From an uncultured Chloroflexia bacterium (lineage in GTDB: Bacteria > Chloroflexota > Ktedonobacteria > Ktedonobacterales > JADMIN01): a DNA stretch of 32,000 bases. This document shows positions 28,580 to 32,000 of the stretch, piece after piece (the first letter of the stretch is position 1; every line of letters starts with the position of its first letter). The notes beneath the pieces are model-generated. The model saw only the letters and a program-made list of their open reading frames with translations, ran no database searches and was not told the origin of the DNA. The translations under genes and the position numbers were made by a program. The stretch covers positions 810,001-842,000 of the forward strand of contig CAVRAI010000015.1 of NCBI GenBank assembly GCA_963718915.1. Direction: 5' to 3'.

Positions 28580-29198
28580 GTCCAGAATCGTCGGGGACTT
28601 GAGTACGATCCGCGATGTTCAGATAGCGCGCCAGCGATGCCAGAGCACGGAATTGCAGGGCGCGAATGGCGTTCGGCTGCTTCTCGAGCAGATGCGCGAC
28701 ATCCTCGGTGGAGTAGCCTAGCACGCAGCGATAAAGGATGACCGCCCGCTGGTCCTCGGTGAGCCGGTTGAGTCCCGCGACGACCTCAGACCAGCTTTCC
28801 CGCGCTGTAATAATCGTCAGGGGATCGCCTTGTTCGGCGACGGCCCACGGTTGCTCGCTCTCCGGGAAGAGTTGGGACGCCTCCGGGCGCGTTCGCTGCC
28901 GTCGGTAGTGCGTGGCGACTTTGTTGCGCGCGATGCCAAGTACCCAGGCCGCGAAGGTCAGTTCGTCGTGCGCGCGCATGGTTCCGATGCTATTAATGAC
29001 CGCAATGAACGTCTCGGAGGTGATATCCTCGGCTGTCTGCACCGCGCCGATACGCGCCAGCACAAAGCGATAGACTACGGGCAGAAAGCGACGGTAGAGC
29101 ATCCCCAGCGCCGACTGGTCAAGCGCCCGCGCGCGTTCGAGCGCAAGGCTGAATGGAAGCGCGGGAGGCCAGGTCATGCCTGTCCCCGCGTTTCCCAT
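28533..29198 (-). CDS. ECF-type sigma-70 family RNA polymerase sigma factor
   Basis: Track ORF 28533..29468 has a nonsense Thr/Ala-rich 5' extension that overlaps the upstream gene. The real start is probably ATG 29198 or ATG 29177. Region 2: LGMLYRRFLPVVYRFVLARIG...AEDITSETFIAV. Region 4: LTEDQRAVILYRCVLGYSTEDVAHLLEKQPNAIRALQFRALASLARYL. Confidence 0.85.
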   Translation of the reverse strand: MGNAGTGMTWPPALPFSLALERARALDQSALGMLYRRFLPVVYRFVLARIGAVQTAEDITSETFIAVINSIGTMRAHDELTFAAWVLGIARNKVATHYRRQRTRPEASQLFPESEQPWAVAEQGDPLTIITARESWSEVVAGLNRLTEDQRAVILYRCVLGYSTEDVAHLLEKQPNAIRALQFRALASLARYLNIADRTQVPDDSGHATARKGGKGNATRR

Positions 29199-29304
29199 AC
29201 CCCATGTTGTGTTGTCAACCCTGCCGGGTATCGCCGAGCCGCGATCAGCCAAGAATAGGAAGCCTCTCTGGACGAACATCGCGCTGATAGGTCGAGCTAG
29301 TCGG

Positions 29305-29889
29305 CTAGTTGTGGGGCGAGCCGTCGTCTTGACCGCCGTGACCAGACCCACCAGAACCATCGCCGCTGTGATCGTCAACGCTGGGTGTCGCGCTACCGCT
29401 GCCTGAGCCGCTATCGTTGTCGCCGCCATGACCATCGTTGCTGCCGTCGTCCGCGTCCTCGTTGTCACCGTGGACTTTGGTGGCTGTTAGTGTACCATCC
29501 GCCTGCGGGTTACCATCAACCTCGATAGACATTCCGGTTTTGAGGTCGCCAAAGCTGTGCGGACCATCGGTGAAGACCGTCGCCGAGTTCACGACGACCG
29601 TTACGGATGAGCCGTGTTCGGTCTTGACGACGAAACGTGAGTTGCCGGGGTCAATACTGCTGATGGTTCCCTCGGCCTCATGGCCGTCATGTTGGTCGTT
29701 ATCATGTTGGACATTGTTCTGCTGACCACCAGTATGCTGTGATGATGGTGTCTGGGACGCGAACGGCATATGGAGGTCATTGCCATTCGCCGCCAACGCG
29801 GCGGCGCTCCCAGCGCTCGCAATCAGGACTGCCCCGGCGATGGCGACCGCGATCTTATTACGGAGCAGGTGTGTCAGTCTCCCTGGCAT
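29305..29889 (-). CDS. secreted/anchored DUF5666-like beta-barrel protein with an Asp/His/Gly/Ser-rich tail
   Basis: Track ORF is 29305..29976; I prefer ATG 29889 (MPGRLTHLLRNKIAVAIAGAVLIASAGSAAALA, a signal or anchor). Core: EGTISSIDPGNSRFVVKTEHGSSVTVVVNSATVFTDGPHSFGDLKTGMSIEVDGNPQADGTLTATKVH. Tail: GDNEDADDGSNDGHGGDNDSGSGSGSATPSVDDHSGDGSGGSGHGGQDDGSPHN. Confidence 0.6.
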   Translation of the reverse strand: MPGRLTHLLRNKIAVAIAGAVLIASAGSAAALAANGNDLHMPFASQTPSSQHTGGQQNNVQHDNDQHDGHEAEGTISSIDPGNSRFVVKTEHGSSVTVVVNSATVFTDGPHSFGDLKTGMSIEVDGNPQADGTLTATKVHGDNEDADDGSNDGHGGDNDSGSGSGSATPSVDDHSGDGSGGSGHGGQDDGSPHN

Positions 29890-30163
29890 AACGTCTCGAT
29901 TCCTCCCCGATTCCTTTGCGCACCATGTGTGCGGTGTATCGTTCGCGGGCGCCCTGCGACGACGTGTGTTGTACATGACATGTCACAGAGGAAGTCGCGC
30001 AGTGAGGGTGAAATGTTATGGCTGCCATCTGATTCCTGGCGCAATCTGCTACGATTTGCCTCGTTTCTGGCTTCTGTCTGCTACGTTCGGCGGTGTAGAC
30101 TATGAGCAGAGACCATTCTGCGCCGAGGCAGAAGCGGGTGTTTTTGACAGGAGGCTGTGACGC

Positions 30164-31519
30164 ATGGCGGATGTGCTGGGCGAGCTTGAACAGTATATCG
30201 AGGATCACCTGGCGGAGTCCCTGGAGGATCTGCGGCGACTGACCGCTATCCCCAGTGTATCGAGCAAACATGAGGGCATCGACGATGCGGCGGCGTTCGT
30301 GCGCGAGCTGCTGGCGGCTGCTGGCTTCGAGGCGCGGGTGATGCCGACGAGCGGGCATCCGGTTGTCTACGCCGACTCTGGCGGTAGCGGCAAGACGCTG
30401 CTCTGCTATAACCACTACGATGTCCAGCCCGCCGAGCCGCTGGATTTGTGGGAGTCACCGCCGTTCGAGTTGACCGAGCGCGATGGCCGTGTCTATGCGC
30501 GTGGCGTCTCGGATGACAAGGGACAGTTGATCTCGCGGCTGGCGGCGATTCGCGCGGTGCGCGCGGTGACGGGCGGCCTGCCGGAGCGCGTCAAGTTTCT
30601 GGTCGAGGGCGAAGAGGAGATCAGCAGCCCCAGCCTCGAACCATTCGTCGAGGAGCAACACGACCTGCTGGCCGCCGACGCCTGTGTCTGGGAGTTCGGT
30701 GGTGTCGATCCCAACGGGCGGCCTGAGGTGGTGCTGGGCCTGCGCGGCATTCTCTACGTCGAGTATCGCGTGCGAACGCTCTCGCGCGACGCGCACTCCG
30801 GCAGCGCCCACAATCTGCCAAACGCCGCGTGGCGGCTGGTGCGCGCGCTCAACACGATCCAGGGAGCCGATGGGCGTGTCCTGATCCCTGGCTTCTACGA
30901 CGCGGTCCAGGGGCCAACAGATACCGATCTGCAACTGCTGGCGGGGCTGCCTTCCTCTGAAGAGTTCTATCACGAGCACTTTGGCGTCAAGGAGTTCGTC
31001 AACGGCCATACCGGCATGGACTACCGGACTGCGGTTTACGAGCCGACGGCCAATATCGCGGGCATCGGCGCGGGCTGGCAGGGGCAGGGGTCGAAGACGG
31101 TCATCCCGGCCTATGCAATGGCCAAGATGGACTTCCGCCTCGTGCCTGATCAGGATCCCGAGGATCTCTTCGCGAAGCTGCGCAAGCATCTCGACGACGG
31201 CGGGTTCGGCGATGTCGAGGTGGTGAAGCTAGGCGGCGAGCGGGCCGCGACCACACCCGGAGACGATCCGTTTGTCCAGTTGACGGCGCGGCTGGCGTCG
31301 GAGGTCTATGGCAAGCCCGCGGTGATCGACCCGCTGGTTGGCGGAACTGGCCCGGTCTATCCCTTCCGTGCGTTCCTGGGCACGCCCATCGTGACGCTCG
31401 GCCCTGGCGACCCACTCTCCAACGCGCACTCGCCCAACGAGAGCATGTCCATCGCCAACTTCCTGCTAGGTACGAAGCATATGGCGCGGCTGCTGGTGGA
31501 GTTTGGCGACCTGCAGTGA
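30164..31519 (+). CDS. M20 family dipeptidase/metallopeptidase (ArgE/DapE/ACY1/CPG2/YscS group)
   Basis: 451-aa intact ORF. Metal and catalytic blocks: LLCYNHYDVQP, ARGVSDDKGQL, FLVEGEEEISSPS, PNESMSI near the C-terminus. Confidence 0.85.
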   Translation: MADVLGELEQYIEDHLAESLEDLRRLTAIPSVSSKHEGIDDAAAFVRELLAAAGFEARVMPTSGHPVVYADSGGSGKTLLCYNHYDVQPAEPLDLWESPPFELTERDGRVYARGVSDDKGQLISRLAAIRAVRAVTGGLPERVKFLVEGEEEISSPSLEPFVEEQHDLLAADACVWEFGGVDPNGRPEVVLGLRGILYVEYRVRTLSRDAHSGSAHNLPNAAWRLVRALNTIQGADGRVLIPGFYDAVQGPTDTDLQLLAGLPSSEEFYHEHFGVKEFVNGHTGMDYRTAVYEPTANIAGIGAGWQGQGSKTVIPAYAMAKMDFRLVPDQDPEDLFAKLRKHLDDGGFGDVEVVKLGGERAATTPGDDPFVQLTARLASEVYGKPAVIDPLVGGTGPVYPFRAFLGTPIVTLGPGDPLSNAHSPNESMSIANFLLGTKHMARLLVEFGDLQ

Positions 31520-31598
31520 CTGCTGTGCCCAGATAAGGCTAACCAGGCCAGTGCCGCTGATTTTGGAGGGAATAGCCTGTAAAGAGTGGCCAGATGCA

Positions 31599-31627
31599 TT
31601 GTCTGTGCCCAGAGACCATGCTATAAT
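31599..31627 (+). promoter_or_regulatory. near-consensus sigma70-type promoter
   Basis: TTGTCT (31599-31604), exactly 17 nt, TATAAT (31622-31627). The predicted transcription start is ~31634-31636, ~290 nt upstream of ATG 31925. Confidence 0.5.
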
Positions 31628-31637
31628 CTAGGCGCGG

Positions 31638-31841
31638 CGCGGAAACCGTTAGCTGGGGAACGTGCCGCCTGGCATCTCCTCCGCTCACCAAACTCCGGAG
31701 ACGATCCAACGCTCGCGCTGGATAACCGCCCCCAATCGCTGGCCGTATCCCGCCGACTCGTTGGCTGGCGCTGGGAGTCTGAGCCGTGGTGAGGCCAGTA
31801 TCGCGTACATCGCGCAAGGGGAATGGGTTTCTCTTTCCGCG
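31638..31841 (+). ncRNA. candidate structured 5' leader or cis-regulatory RNA of unknown class
   Basis: A ~204-nt GC-rich stretch with no credible ORF. It is closed by an 8-bp helix CGCGGAAA (31638-31645) / TTTCCGCG (31834-31841). Local hairpins include GTGCC-GCCT-GGCAT, ATCCA(31704-08)/TGGAT(31719-23) and GCCGA-CTCG-TTGGC. Longer-range pairs are CTCACC/GGTGAG and CTGGCC/GGCCAG. It matches no riboswitch consensus that I can recall. Confidence 0.25.
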
Positions 31842-31924
31842 TAACTATCGTTCGTAAACGTCACTATCACCTGTCACTTGATTCCGGTTCGCTGTTTGAC
31901 CGGCAACGTGTCCGTGAGGCGCGG

Positions 31925-32000
31925 ATGTCCTGGAAAGTTCTGATCGAGCGCGGCAATTTGGGCTTTAGCGCCGCGCACTTTATCACGTTTGAGGGCCAGT
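31925..32000 (+). CDS. 6-pyruvoyl-tetrahydropterin synthase / QueD family protein, first 25 codons only
   Basis: ATG 31925 with GAGG 7-10 nt upstream. Translation MSWKVLIERGNLGFSAAHFITFEGQ... The F-S-A-A-H-F block is typical of the PTPS/QueD family. The rest of the gene lies outside the window. Confidence 0.45.
   Translation, partial: MSWKVLIERGNLGFSAAHFITFEGQ

Noticed and set aside
28533-29468. 311-aa version of the sigma-factor ORF with a 90-aa N-terminal extension
   Set aside because: The extension (MTTRTRTTAATMVMAATTIAAQ...) is low-complexity and overlaps the 3' end of the upstream DUF5666-like gene. Sigma region 2 begins only after the internal ATGs at 29198 and 29177.
31650-31680. ZTP (pfl) riboswitch resemblance: CCGCCTGGCA
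   Set aside because: It matches only part of the 3' CCGCCUGGGCA element and has one G fewer. The 5' GACUGGCG / ACCGGGG sub-domain is missing. TPP (CUGAGA…), T-box and cobalamin comparisons also failed.
31883-31920. preQ1-I-like hairpin CCGG-TTCGCTGTTTGA-CCGG just upstream of the PTPS/QueD-family start
   Set aside because: The GGUUCG-type loop start is reminiscent of preQ1-I aptamers. However, the conserved A-rich 3' tail and an obvious pseudoknot partner are missing (the tail is CAACGTGTCCGTGAGG). The gene's QueD versus PTPS identity also cannot be settled from 25 codons.
1-32000. Search for tRNA/rRNA genes, CRISPR arrays, IS elements, integrases, or known defence effectors (HNH, PLD, Sir2, TIR, Cas)
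   Set aside because: I found no cloverleaf-like or rRNA-like sequence, no regularly spaced repeats, and no ORF with transposase (DDE), tyrosine/serine recombinase or such effector motifs. This rests on visual inspection only. tRNAscan-SE, Infernal and HMM scans are needed to confirm it.

Overview
This is a GC-rich bacterial chromosomal segment. Hand-counted 60-nt lines give mostly ~60-75% GC, with two ~47-50% GC islets. It holds about 27 genes. I found no rRNA, tRNA, CRISPR array, transposase or integrase.

Gene order, left to right:
- An aa3-type cytochrome oxidase operon on the minus strand: a CoxII-like cupredoxin, ctaC, then ctaD running off the left edge.
- A PAS-LuxR regulator and a ConA-like/GH16-like protein.
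- A low-GC islet with an orphan lipoprotein and an orphan membrane protein.
- A RocB-like M20 peptidase, malate dehydrogenase and a Rieske oxygenase alpha subunit.
- A minus-strand trio: a Rad50/SbcC-like coiled-coil ATPase, a membrane TPR protein and a NurA-type nuclease. No Mre11/SbcD or HerA gene is visible. A RelE/ParE-Phd toxin-antitoxin pair lies next to it.
- DinB-family and FAH-family genes, then cobalamin-dependent methionine synthase (metH).
- A ~2.65-kb low-GC three-gene envelope cassette bracketed by a duplicated metH 3' end.
- An ECF sigma / anti-sigma / DUF5666-like triad and an M20 dipeptidase.
- A near-consensus promoter with a ~290-nt GC-rich leader in front of a PTPS/QueD-family gene that runs off the right edge.

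Two things stand out. The best candidate for a novel system is the Rad50-like/TPR/NurA trio. Separately, at least 12 single-base reading-frame breaks occur in 8 genes, all between 7.7 and 24.8 kb, while the flanks are clean. These breaks are either consensus indel errors or real gene decay. I call the affected genes pseudogenes 'as assembled'.

My taxon impression (Chloroflexota/Ktedonobacteria-like or another high-GC aerobe) is inference only. All family assignments come from motif recognition by eye, not from searches.
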